A stretch of 64,000 nucleotides of DNA from a virus (lineage: Duplodnaviria; Caudoviricetes). The stretch spans positions 1 to 64,000 of IMG/VR virus record IMGVR_UViG_3300021431_000089; one strand, given 5' to 3'. How positions within the stretch are numbered: position 1 is the first letter of the stretch; every line of letters starts with the position of its first letter. The notes under the pieces are model-generated. The model did no database searches and was not told the DNA's origin. It saw nothing but the letters and a program-made list of their open reading frames with translations. This document shows positions 30,278-41,500 of the stretch, one piece after another. A program made the position numbers and the translations under genes.

Positions 30278-30373
30278 ATGAGCATACTAATCGGCATTTG
30301 CATCGTAGCGATTGGTTTCGTAACAACAGTCGCCGGTGTAATAATTGGAGAATACTTTCTAACTTATAAATGA
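30278..30373 (+). CDS. Small single-TM peptide, 31 aa
   Basis: MSILIGICIVAIGFVTTVAGVIIGEYFLTYK; AAGGGG RBS. Confidence 0.45.
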   Translation: MSILIGICIVAIGFVTTVAGVIIGEYFLTYK

Positions 30374-30574
30374 AACAATGAATAACATTAGCATGACACA
30401 TATGGTGACATTATGATAATGCCGATGATAATTACAACGATCCTTTTCTCGCTTTGCATTGTTGGGGAGTCGTGGCTACTCCGCTATCCACCATCGCTAG
30501 AAAACTTTAAATCACAGATTCACAGGGGAATCTCCCCTACTACATTTTAAAATAATCATTTTCTGCACCAAAAT

Positions 30575-30597
30575 CGACGGCGAAAGCTGTCGTTTTT
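30575..30597 (+). terminator. Intrinsic terminator
   Basis: CGACGGC-GAAA-GCTGTCG-TTTTT. Confidence 0.65.
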
Positions 30598-30620
30598 AAT
30601 TTTGTTAAGGAGGTTTATAA

Positions 30621-31112
30621 ATGCCTAATTATAACTACCCTTACGGCATGTACCAGCCTGTGCCACAGCAGCCGCAGGCATATACAGGTACAACGCCATA
30701 TTATCAGACGCAGCCTTATGGCGCATCCCAGCAGTACAGTCAGTATCAGCAGCCGATGCAGAATTATGCAAACGCTGTTAATAACAAGAACATTATCTGG
30801 GTTGCCGGACAGGCTGGAGCTGAAGCATATCAAATGGAACCGGGATCGAGAGCTGTTCTTCTTGATTCCAAAGATCAGGTTTTCTACATCAAGGTCGTCG
30901 GCCCGGATGGAAGACCTGAGCCGTTGATGGCATTTAAGTACGAGCCGCTCAATCTCAATATGCAGAGCGAATCTTCACAGGCCGCTCCGCAGATTGACAC
31001 AAGCAACTTTGCCACCAAGGATGACCTTAACGAGATTATGAATTATATCAAGCAGATGTCTAACCGTAATGGCCAGGCATCCTCTCCGAAAGGAGCAAAC
31101 AAAAATGTCTAA
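30621..31112 (+). CDS. Uncharacterised Q/Y/P-rich protein (module gene 1)
   Basis: AAGGAGG RBS; low-complexity N-terminus, then IIWVAG..AEAY..LLDS..FYIK. Confidence 0.7.
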   Translation: MPNYNYPYGMYQPVPQQPQAYTGTTPYYQTQPYGASQQYSQYQQPMQNYANAVNNKNIIWVAGQAGAEAYQMEPGSRAVLLDSKDQVFYIKVVGPDGRPEPLMAFKYEPLNLNMQSESSQAAPQIDTSNFATKDDLNEIMNYIKQMSNRNGQASSPKGANKNV

Positions 31113-31341
31113 TCCCCTTTTTGAAAAATTAGGGGGTAGTATGCAGAACCCTCAAATGAATAACGCCGGGATGTACAACAACATCTTGGAGCGTGCACAG
31201 CAAATGGCTAAGATTTTACCACCTAATTTCAACCCCCAGAGCATTGTTCAGTCAATGCTCCAGTCGTCCCAGATTACTCAGGAACAGCTGAATCAGGCGA
31301 TGCAGATTGCTAACAGCCTGACGGGACGGCGCCCTTTTTAA
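31105..31341 (+). CDS. Uncharacterised Q/M/N-rich protein (module gene 2)
   Basis: AAGGAG RBS; MSNPLF..NPQSIVQ..ITQEQLNQA. Confidence 0.65.
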   Translation: MSNPLFEKLGGSMQNPQMNNAGMYNNILERAQQMAKILPPNFNPQSIVQSMLQSSQITQEQLNQAMQIANSLTGRRPF

Positions 31342-31386
31342 TTTTACGAAATAACTAGCTATTTATAGCTTGGAGGTAAATTCTCA

Positions 31387-32166
31387 ATGAGCCTTTCTTA
31401 TGACAACAATGGCGGCATGATTATGCCTGTATCACCTATGTATGGAAACTCCGGTTTTGGTTTTGGCGGCGATGGTGCTTGGTGGCTTATCGTCCTTCTC
31501 CTTATCGGCTGGGGTGGAAATGGATTCGGCGCTGGCTTCGGCGGCTGTGCTGGATCAGTTCAGAATGACGTTCAGCGCGGATTTGACCAGTCTGCCGTCA
31601 TGAATGGTATTACAGGCGTTTCTTCCGCCATTGCTAATCTGGGAACAGCAGTTAACGCTGGGTTCTCAAATGCAGAAGTAGCTGACAATGCTCGTCAGAT
31701 GGCAAGCATGCAGCAGGCTTTTGCAACACAGACAGCTATCACAGGTGGCATCAGTGACCTTGCCGCTCAGCTTGCACAGTGCTGCTGTAATAATCAGTTA
31801 GCCACCGCTAACCTGAGCTCCACAATCCTTGCAGAGAATTGTGCAGACCGTGCGGCTGTTTCTGATGCACTGCGCGATGTTTTGGCGAACCAGAATGCTG
31901 GCGTCCAGAGAATTCTGGATCAGATGTGCAATGACAAGATTGATGCCAAGAACGAAAAGATCGCTGAACTGCAGAGCCAGCTCGCAGCGGCAAATCTCGA
32001 AGCTGCTAACAACAACCGCATGGCACAGATCCTTGCCGACAATGCAGCTCAGACAGCGGCACTTGAGCATTATCTGAACCCGTCACCTATCCCCGCCTAC
32101 ATGGTTCAGAACCCGAATTGCTGTGCTAACAATATGTGCGGATACGGCTGTGGTTGCGGCGCCTAA
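31387..32166 (+). CDS. Uncharacterised Gly-rich TM/coiled-coil protein with CCC motif (module gene 3)
   Basis: GFGFGGDGAWWLIVLLLIGWGG hydrophobic segment, AQCCC, coiled coil, Cys-rich tail. Confidence 0.7.
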   Translation: MSLSYDNNGGMIMPVSPMYGNSGFGFGGDGAWWLIVLLLIGWGGNGFGAGFGGCAGSVQNDVQRGFDQSAVMNGITGVSSAIANLGTAVNAGFSNAEVADNARQMASMQQAFATQTAITGGISDLAAQLAQCCCNNQLATANLSSTILAENCADRAAVSDALRDVLANQNAGVQRILDQMCNDKIDAKNEKIAELQSQLAAANLEAANNNRMAQILADNAAQTAALEHYLNPSPIPAYMVQNPNCCANNMCGYGCGCGA

Positions 32167-32180
32167 CAGGAGGTGCTGAC

Positions 32181-32627
32181 ATGGCTGAATTCAGTAACGA
32201 TGCTAGACAGATTATCAATCCGGGCGCATCTGCTGTGTTCAATGTAACTGTTGAGCCATGCAGATACGGTCTTGTAAGGCATAGAGAAGGAGCAGGCAAC
32301 TTCCTGCTCAGTGGATATGTCTCCCCTTCTCCGTGTGGATGCAGAAGATCGGCAAAGTATACAATCAAATTCGGTGCCAACATTGCGGTGCCGGAAGGAG
32401 AGACCGTCGGCCCGATCTCTGTGTCTATTTCGTTGGACGGTGCGAACGTTCCGGCAACAGAGATGATTGTTACACCTGCCGCCGTTGAGGAATTCTTCAA
32501 CGTAGGCCGTGCAGCAAGCATTGGTGTTTGGAACGGTTGCTGTGAGACTGTGACAATCACAAATACAAGTACTATCCCTATCGCTATGGCGAATGCGAAT
32601 ATCGTCATCAAGCGGGATGTGAGGTGA
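32181..32627 (+). CDS. Beta-rich protein, possibly BclA-CTD/C1q-like (module gene 4)
   Basis: AGGAGG RBS; beta-strand pattern ending ANANIVIKR. Confidence 0.55.
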   Translation: MAEFSNDARQIINPGASAVFNVTVEPCRYGLVRHREGAGNFLLSGYVSPSPCGCRRSAKYTIKFGANIAVPEGETVGPISVSISLDGANVPATEMIVTPAAVEEFFNVGRAASIGVWNGCCETVTITNTSTIPIAMANANIVIKRDVR

Positions 32628-32630
32628 GCT

Positions 32631-33029
32631 ATGGAGATCGAAAAAGTTTTAGAGAATCTCGAAGATTCAATCAGTACCGAACTCGAGAAGATGGTCAAAA
32701 AGGGAGACCTTACTCCTACGGAAGTACAGAACGCAACAGACGCTGTCTGTTTACTTGAAAAAATTCGTAAATTTAACGGCGAATTCGACGATGAAGAAGA
32801 TGAATATTCTGAACGCAGTGATTCGCCCGCGAGCTACCGTCGTGGTAGCTATGCGAGAGGCAGAGGCCGCAGATATGCAAACAGATACGAACATTATGAA
32901 CATGGCGAAAGTCGTCATAGCATTAATGATCGTATCATTGACCGGCTTGAGAGGATGATGGATGATGCCGGCTCAGAATATGAGCGTGGTATTCTCGCCG
33001 GTTGGATCGCTAAAGTGGCGGCCGAGTAA
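32631..33029 (+). CDS. Uncharacterised helical protein with SYARG stretch (module gene 5)
   Basis: GAGGTGA RBS; followed by terminators. Confidence 0.65.
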   Translation: MEIEKVLENLEDSISTELEKMVKKGDLTPTEVQNATDAVCLLEKIRKFNGEFDDEEDEYSERSDSPASYRRGSYARGRGRRYANRYEHYEHGESRHSINDRIIDRLERMMDDAGSEYERGILAGWIAKVAAE

Positions 33030-33069
33030 CTTTCGCAATAAGTGGTAATTATTAGCTGTACGCTATGAC

Positions 33070-33143
33070 CGCCAGGATAACCTGGCGTTTTATATTTGAG
33101 GGTGTACGAAGGCACCTCCACGCGGGGTGCCTTCTTTTCTTTT
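33070..33143 (+). terminator. Two tandem intrinsic terminators
   Basis: CGCCAGG/CCTGGCG+TTTT and AAGGCACC/GGTGCCTT+CTTTT. Confidence 0.7.
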
Positions 33144-33159
33144 AAAGCTGAATAGCTAA

Positions 33160-33711
33160 GTGAGGGATATTTTGGAGAGCAAAGAAACACCTGACGAGAT
33201 TACATTGGTGATCGATAATCCGTTGTTGGATAAATACGCAGAGGCGTATTTCAAACAGCATCCAAAGGCGCGAGTCCGCCCTATCAAACAACCATTCCAC
33301 GAATCGATTAACCAATGGATGATTATGAAGCGGCCGATGATGAATGGCCTCAAACAAAAATGGAAGGACTTTATTTGCTGGTTCGTTGAGGAACAAGGTT
33401 ATTCTAACCTGCGCATTAAACGATGTGAGATTTCACAAAAAATATATTACGAGACGAACCGCAGGCACGATCTTGATAACGGTGTGCCCAAGTTTATTTT
33501 AGATGGGCTCGTACAGAGCGGCATGATTGATGATGACGACTCGACACACATTGCAAAGATTACGTTGGAATGTGCGACGGATCACGATAACCCGAGAACG
33601 GTCTTGAGGATCATCGTGCATGAATACGCGGCCGCGGACGAACCGTTACCGTTATGGAAAACAAAAGAGATAAAGGAGAATGAAAATGACAAAAGCGATG
33701 AAAATTGTTGA
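33160..33711 (+). CDS. RusA-like Holliday junction resolvase
   Basis: RRHDLDN..KFILDGLV..GMIDDD. Confidence 0.8.
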   Translation: MRDILESKETPDEITLVIDNPLLDKYAEAYFKQHPKARVRPIKQPFHESINQWMIMKRPMMNGLKQKWKDFICWFVEEQGYSNLRIKRCEISQKIYYETNRRHDLDNGVPKFILDGLVQSGMIDDDDSTHIAKITLECATDHDNPRTVLRIIVHEYAAADEPLPLWKTKEIKENENDKSDENC

Positions 33712-34309
33712 ACCAACAACAGAAGAAAAGACAATGGCCAGCAAGGTAATTATCGACACATCATTTGTTAATAATGAAGTTATTAAATTTAAATGGCATA
33801 ACATCGACATCGATGTAAAACGTTCCCTTCCTATGGAAGATGCAATGGGTTACATCAACGATGTCGTTGCTGGTTGTCTCGATGAGAATGGATCATATTA
33901 TCCAGAAGCAATTGATTTCATGCGTCGACGTGAATTCATTCGTCGTTATACGAATATTGAATTGCCGAACAACACGAGCGATGAGTATAGGATTTTATAC
34001 GGCACAGACTTGTATGACAGCATCCTTGATGTTGTTGACGGCGATCAGGCGGATTCTCTTTGGTGGGCGATTAGTGATCGCATAAATATGATCAAAAATG
34101 ATCGACGCGATGCAGTCGAAAAAGAAATGGCAGAGCTGTATTCAGTGATTAAGAACTTAACTGATGTTTTACAAGCCACCGTTGGTGATGTTAATAGCGA
34201 GCAGATTTCAGATTTTTTAAAGATTGTGGCAAAAAACGACATTGACGAGAAATCAATCGTGTCGGCTTTGCTAGATGAAAAAAACAAAAGAGCTGCTGCT
34301 GAAGAGTAA
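33680..34309 (+). CDS. Hypothetical protein, possible tail assembly chaperone
   Basis: Upstream of the TMP; paralog of 34365-34742. Confidence 0.5.
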   Translation: MKMTKAMKIVEPTTEEKTMASKVIIDTSFVNNEVIKFKWHNIDIDVKRSLPMEDAMGYINDVVAGCLDENGSYYPEAIDFMRRREFIRRYTNIELPNNTSDEYRILYGTDLYDSILDVVDGDQADSLWWAISDRINMIKNDRRDAVEKEMAELYSVIKNLTDVLQATVGDVNSEQISDFLKIVAKNDIDEKSIVSALLDEKNKRAAAEE

Positions 34310-34364
34310 TTGCGAGTTTATTAGATGAAGGAGGAGGGTGCTACATTAATGCACCGTTGATATT

Positions 34365-34742
34365 ATGGGACAAATTAAAAAACTATCTGCGGGCGAGGTA
34401 ATACGCGTAACAGGCATTTCTGGGAAGCAGGCAAAAAAAGTAGTGTGGCACTCGGCAGATTTGACAATCCGGCAACTGTTGCCGGTCGATGAATATGTTA
34501 GTTTGGTGCAGAAAATAATTACCGATTGTGTTAATGGTGATGGCGAGTTGATGGTTGAGATGGTTGATTTCTCTATAAGGAAAAACATCGTTGAATCGTA
34601 TGCATACGTCGATCTCCCTTCCAATCCATCTGACCAATACTATGTTTTATACATGTCTGACATTTATGACTGCGTGTGCAGAAATGCTTGTCGTAGTCAA
34701 ATTGAAGCCATATGGGAGAGCGTTGCTCTTTACACGAGGTGA
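34365..34742 (+). CDS. Hypothetical protein, paralog of the upstream gene
   Basis: Shared WH..D...LP...DF..R.....Y..LP...LY..D.YD pattern. Confidence 0.55.
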   Translation: MGQIKKLSAGEVIRVTGISGKQAKKVVWHSADLTIRQLLPVDEYVSLVQKIITDCVNGDGELMVEMVDFSIRKNIVESYAYVDLPSNPSDQYYVLYMSDIYDCVCRNACRSQIEAIWESVALYTR

Positions 34743-34745
34743 CGG

Positions 34746-35522
34746 ATGGCGAGATTGTCGGTACGTCAGGCGATTAACAACGCCGCAGCGAAGATTAATG
34801 AAGCGCAATCGGAAGCTGACGCAAAAACACTTAGGGCGATATACAAACGATACCTGCCAATAGAAAAACGTGTGTATACGCGCATATTTAATGATATCAT
34901 TACAACATTCTATAATTCATACGACCCAACCAGGTATAGCCGACAAGGTAATGTAGGTTCAAAAAAAGGTGGATTATATAACGTACTCGATATTGAGCGG
35001 GCACGGCGCAAGCAATCGGACTCTTTTGGAACATATACTATCGGTGTTGACGATGATGACGGGTACAGCATGATCAACCCGGAAGAAATGACGATTCAAA
35101 AATACGGCGCGGGTAAATATAATGCTCCGGAAGAAATTTTCCATACTGTTTTTGAAATGGGGTTTCATGGCGGGGCAAGAAAAATATCAGCACAAAAGGC
35201 TAAAAAATGGGGGCAACACCCTCAGCCAGGAGTTCCATTTTACAGGCGTCGTGGTTTCGTTACTGCAGACAATGGAAAAAAAATCAACCACAGGTGGGGT
35301 CGGTGGTTCCCAGCAACCAGCCCGGCCAAGTCTAGTCTCTCTCCAAAGAGTCAATTTATTAAGGAGACAGAAGACCTAGGCGATGTTGGTGGGGAACTGT
35401 ACGAGAAATTAAGCACAATCGCGCATGAAGAAAATGCGAAAACGCAGAAAATATTAGTGCCAAAGCTCAGGGAAATTTTCATTAGAGAAACCGTCCAAGC
35501 ACTCAAGAAGGGAGGTGATTGA
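34746..35522 (+). CDS. Hypothetical pre-TMP protein
   Basis: GAGGTGA RBS; FYNSYDPTRYSR. Confidence 0.55.
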   Translation: MARLSVRQAINNAAAKINEAQSEADAKTLRAIYKRYLPIEKRVYTRIFNDIITTFYNSYDPTRYSRQGNVGSKKGGLYNVLDIERARRKQSDSFGTYTIGVDDDDGYSMINPEEMTIQKYGAGKYNAPEEIFHTVFEMGFHGGARKISAQKAKKWGQHPQPGVPFYRRRGFVTADNGKKINHRWGRWFPATSPAKSSLSPKSQFIKETEDLGDVGGELYEKLSTIAHEENAKTQKILVPKLREIFIRETVQALKKGGD

Positions 35523-35527
35523 CATTC

Positions 35528-38500
35528 ATGCCTGATATTGTCATTCAAAATAATAACAATTTTAGCATCGACAATGAGGCTGAAATTGCAAGATTGGAAA
35601 AGGATTTAGCAGCATCTGACGCTGAGATGACGAAGTTGCGAGCGCATGCCGAAGAGTTAGAGCGGAATTGGGAAAGAGTTAATGGCGAACTGGAAACCAC
35701 TAATGATTTGCTTGAAAGCGCACGGCAGAGAGTGTCTATGCTTTCGCGTTCGGGTGATTTTACAAAAACGTTTCAGCGTGGTATTAGGGAACTACAAGGC
35801 TATCTCAAAAGCGTCAATTTCAATGATATTGAAGGCCGTGAGCATAAGGATGTCAAAGGATGGATCGAAGAGGTCGGCAAAGGCGCTATCACAGCCGGAG
35901 AGGCAATTGAAAAATTCAAAACACAATATAAAGAATATATTCTTTCTGCCGTTTCAGATTCCGGTGATCAGGGTAAATTTTTTACAGATTTGGCCGTTTC
36001 CCTCGACAACCTAGCAGAAACTGCAAAAAAAGTTTTAGACATAGTTACAGACTTAAAGACAAATGGCGTCCAAACGGTGCAGGAAGTTAAGAGCGGTGTG
36101 GACGGTGCCAATAGCACTATCTCTAAAACAACAGACACAATGACTGGCCTGACGGCAGTGTCCAAGGAGACTGCTGAGGGCATGCAGGGCATCGTGACGT
36201 CTTTGAAGGATTTTGCGGAGGTTGGGGCCGGAACAAACATTGCGAACGTGACGGCATCGCTAAATGCATTAGCCGGAGTTGGGCGAGGAACTTTTGGCGA
36301 TAAGTCTGTAAAGAATATTGTTTACCTTGTCCAACAGCTACAAGCATTATCGGCTCAGGGACAAAATATTCAGCCGATTAAATTTGATGTAACTGGTGTA
36401 GCGGCTTTGAAGAGCATCGACTCTAAATCTGCAGATAACATAATAAAAGTTGTTGATGCTCTATCGAAGATGACCCCAGCCATCGAGTCTATTGCCAGCA
36501 TCGGCTCATCGGCTGACGGGATTAAAAGTCTTATTGAGCTGTTTAAGACAGATCCATCTGGGGGGATCAATAATTTAAAAGTTAGTAAGGCTTCGTTGTC
36601 GAATTTAAAAGAGTATCTCCCTCAGATCGCAGGGGTCAATACAAAGAAGCTTCAAGAGATCTTTGGTATCAACACAGCAGGCATTAACAGTCTCAAGGTC
36701 AGTAAGGCTTCTGTTACAAATGTTGTTAATTTGGCACGGGCAGCAGAAATATTACGAACCAATGGTATCGACTTATCCCTTAAGGGCGATGCGATTGATG
36801 AGTTAAACAAGCTGACTCAGGAAGCCGTGGATGCGACTGATGCAACCGAGCAACTTGATCGCAGCCTCGATAATGTTTCTGAGGCATCTAGTCTTAATAA
36901 GACGTTAACAGAAACAGGAAGCCTTCTTGACGGTGTGACTCTGAAAATAGAAAAATTCACCGATGGTTCGTTCAAGAACATGCAGGATCAGCTGAAGGAA
37001 AAGTTCCCGTCTATCGATGAATCATCGCGGAATCAAATATTATCCGTTTTGCAGGACGTCGAAGGAAAGATCACATCGGTACAGGCAAAATGGGCAGAAT
37101 TCCAACACACTGGCGCTAAGCAGGTTTCGCAGCTCTTAATAAACGGCGTCGACGAGCTTGGCAGATCCTTTCAAAAGGTTATTAACTGGCAAGAGATTTT
37201 GGCCGATAGAGAGAGTCAGACATATAAAATTGTTCCATTTGCCGAAGAGACTGTTAAATTCACGGCGCAAGAAGAGAAACTAATTGAAATTGACGGTCGC
37301 TTAGCAGATGTTATCGTCGCCAAGCGCAAGGCTCAAGAAGATTATAATGCCGCTTTGGAGGCTGGTGTCGCAAGCAAAGAACTTGGTCAAATGAAGAACC
37401 TCATCGGTTCGTATGAGATGCTTGAAGACGCCATTAAGAGAGGCGGCGTGGCGCAAAACGACTACACCCTCTTTATGAGTAATGCAGCTTCGAAGAGTAG
37501 GCTGTTAACAAGCGTTCTCAGAGAACAGACCACCGCTCTAAAAGAGCAAGAGACGGAGATGGTCGATACCACGGCTGCAAGGCTGGAACTGCAAAACGCA
37601 CAGTTAAAAGTCCAAGGTGTCATCGATAAGGCGCTCAGCAATGGCGTCACAGAAGACAACGAGGCGCTCCGCGGCTTAATTGATATGCGAGATTGGTTTA
37701 GCCTTCTCGAGGAAGAAATAAGCCGTGTTGGCGTGTCACAGGAAAACTATGATTATGCATTAAAGAATTCTTCCGCTGAAATTCAGTTATACTCTAAACA
37801 ACTGGGATTCGCTATCGATTTAAACAAACAGGAGGCTGCCGCTGCCAGAGAGGCGGCAAAAGCAGAAGCGGCCCGTGTTAATCAGACTCAGGCTCGTGGC
37901 GCAATCACAACGGAGCGTGGGCGAGTTTCTGGCATTATCAACAGTGCTACTGGTTTGGGGTTGTCAGACCAGGACGCAAACTTACAAAGTTTGGTTACCT
38001 ACACCAATCTTCTTGATATTCTCGAAAATGAGTTAGAAAGTGCCAATCTCACACAAAAAGAATTCAATACGATTATGGGTAATCTGAAGTCAATCTTCAA
38101 AGAACCCGAAATCACAGTTAAAAATTTAACAAAAGCATTAAAAGAGCAACAGGCTCATATTGCCAAGTCTGCAAGCGTGTATAAAGATATTGAAAAAGCT
38201 TGTCAAGACTATGCAAAGGCGGCCGAAAGCACAGATGCAAACGTGCGCGGCGCTTATGACGGTATCAAGAAACTTAGTTTTAATCTGGATGAGGCAGGAG
38301 AGAAACTGCGAGCTGGAAAAATATCGGCCGAACAATACGACGAAGAGTTAAGAAATACTACAGCGTCGTTAAAAGAGTACGGCAAAACACTCGATGATGC
38401 GGGTTACGGAACGGATAAAGTTTCTAATAAGTTCGCCGAGTTAGCGCAGCAACTCACCCGTTTCATCACCCCTCTTTATCTTGCACGTAAGGCGTGGCAG

Positions 38501-41500
38501 ACCATTAAGGATATGGCTAACGTCGTCATTGAACTCGAAGATGCGTTTGCTCAGTTGCAGATCGTAACAGGCGCGACCGATAAAGAACTCGAAGAGTTCT
38601 ATGATACGGCAGCGAACATCGCGACGACACTTGGAAAGAGCATTACCGATATCGCGGCTTCAATTGAAGTTTTCTCTCGACTCGGTTATGCGTTACCAGA
38701 CGCAACGACGCTCGCGCAGTACGCAACGATCTTATCGAACGTTGCGAGTGTCTCAACAGATGAGGCGACGACTGGTTTAACCTCTATCATTAAAGGTTAC
38801 AACATGCATGTCGAACAAGCAGAACATGTTTCCGATGTGCTTGTAGATATTGGCCAGAAGTACGCAGTATCTGCTGGCGAAATGATGTCGGCATATGAAA
38901 GAGCTGGTGCTGCACTGGCGGCAACTAATACATCATTTGATAAATCCGCCGCTATTATTGCTGCAGCCAACGCAGCTATCCAAAATGCGAACACAGTCGG
39001 AACTGCCTTGAAGACCATTTCTGCACGTATCCGTGGTTCTAAATCCGATCTTGAAGAACTTGGCGAAGATACCACCCTTCTCGCCGATGGCTTCTCTAAA
39101 TATGCAAAGGAGCTGAAGGCGATCACTGGCGTCAACATCATGGTCGAAGGGACAACCAATCAGTTCAAAGACCTTTACGATATCATGGACGGCATTGCTG
39201 GTGTTTGGGATCAGCTCACCGACACTCAGCAGGCACGTGCCGCTGAAATCCTTGGTGGTACCAGACAGCTTCAGGTTATCGCCTCTATCATTAGTAACTG
39301 GGGTGATGCGGAAAAAGCATTAGTCACAGCACAGGAATCGGCTGGCGCTGCCGCACGTGCGAACACTATTTATATGGACACGACGACTGCCCATATGAAC
39401 CAGTTCAAAGCAGCATTTCAAGACCTTTCTCATACGCTTATTGAAAGCGATCTGTTAAAGGGGGTCGTTGATCTTGGCACTAATCTCTTAAAGATGGCCG
39501 ATGCGGCAATCGAGCTCACAAGGTCGTTAGGTGGATTGAAACCTATACTCGGTGCGATTGTCGGACTCGTGTTAATGCTTCGCGGAGATGCGGTAATCGG
39601 TCTTGTCAGCAAGCTTGGCGGTGTCTTTAGTAAGGTTATTACTGGTTTGATCAGTGGCCTACAAGCTGTTACAACGGCTGGTACTGGAACTATCACTGTA
39701 CTTGACCTTGTTAATGGAACAGCAAATACAGCGGCTGCCAGCATGACCACTTTCCTCTCTGTTGCTGGCATGGCTGTTATCGCCATTTCTGCTTTAGCAG
39801 CAGCGATTAAGTCTGCACGCGAAGAACGCAGAGCTGAAGCCGAGGCTTCGATCAAAGCTGGGCAGGCTTATGCCGATGAAGAAAAAGAACTGTTGGAACT
39901 CGTCAATAAATATGAGGATCTCGAAAGAAGCGGTGCCGCGCATGAGGACATCATGGCCGCCAGAGACGCAGTTATCGATAAACTGCGCGAGGAAGGACAA
40001 GAAGTTGAAGAGCTAAGTGATCGTTACCGCGATTACACACAGGAAGTCCGCAATTCTGTTATCGAGAAATTAAAAGCTGACAGTTATAACCGAGGCAATT
40101 CCATTGAATCGGCAAGGGAACAGTTGGATACTGAGAATTATGGTGGCTATCGCGATGTACGTACCATTGAATGGGATAGAAGCGATAGACAGAAAAATAC
40201 AGAAGCTCTTAAATCGATTCGTGAATATCTGCAGTTATCCAAAACTGGTAACAAGGGTGATCGCGCCGAGATCCAGTTAGATGTCGAGACGGGTAATGCG
40301 ATGGATGCATTCAACAAAGTTGAAGCAGCCATGAAGAAACTGCAGGAAGAAGGCAACACAACTAACGCAGTATACCGTGAGTTGTCAAGAATGTATGACG
40401 AACTCTCAGCTGGGGTTGACACGTATAATGGTTTGCTTACCGATCAGTTAAACACAACAGCGGCTATCCAGATGTTGTCTACCGAAACTCCTAAGTCGAT
40501 TGATGACTATGTCAGGATGAGGGAAAGCATCATCGGAATGATTTCCGGCCAGGAAGAGTTCAAGAATACAACAATCGATGTTGCGGCAGCCGTTGACAAC
40601 TTCCTCGCAAAACAAACAGATTTTGAATCATTTAACGCAGCGCTGAAGAATGTTAGCGAAGACGCTAAAGCCGAATATGATTCGTTACTAAAAGAAGTTT
40701 CCGATAAGAATATCGATATAACAAAGACCGTCTACGGCAATATCGATATGAATCATCGTCAGGCCATTGAGTGGACGAATGAGATGATCTCCAAATATAT
40801 CCACGAACTTGAATCGTGGGGAGAGGATATTAATTCGATTCGCGACACTCTCGGCGGCACCGTTTCTACTGTATACGGCGGATCCGAAGAATTCGATGGA
40901 ATTGAAATTGCTTTCTCGCCTATTCTGCAAACAGAGAACGGCCCCGTTCTCCTATCTTCTGACTCCGTGTATTCTTATATCGAAGCACTGCTTGATAAGG
41001 TTCGCGCATCTGGTGAGTCATGGACGACAGAAGATCTCTTAAAACTTGACTCAGAAGGTCTTGTGATTGAAGGCCAGCGCATCCAGAATATTATCGCGGA
41101 CGTCGGCGAAACAGCAATAAAAACTGGCGAAGCGATGCATTACGTCGGTGATAGCGGTGCATTGGCTATGGCCCGTGAGGAACTCTACAAACTTGCATAT
41201 CAGGCATATGCCGCTGCAGATAGTGCGAATGCGCTCGAACAGGCTTATGCCGGGTTTAGTGATGTAAAGTCGGCGTTTGACGGTGTGACAACATCGTTGA
41301 AAGCTATCACAGATATGCAAGACCTTGTCGCCGAGGGATTTGATGTTGATGTCGAGAAAGCAATGGCGCTTGCCGAAACATATCCGCAAATTCTCGACAA
41401 TGCTACAGTCACAGCTGACGGGCAGTTACTATTAAATGAGGCAACAGTCAACTCTTTCCTCGAAAGCAAACAGGCTGAAATCGGTGCATCGATTGATGCT

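Noticed and set aside
34431-34441. A-run slippery sequence in a pre-TMP gene
   Set aside because: It lies near the 5' end of the gene, so a shift would not give a G/GT-type extension.
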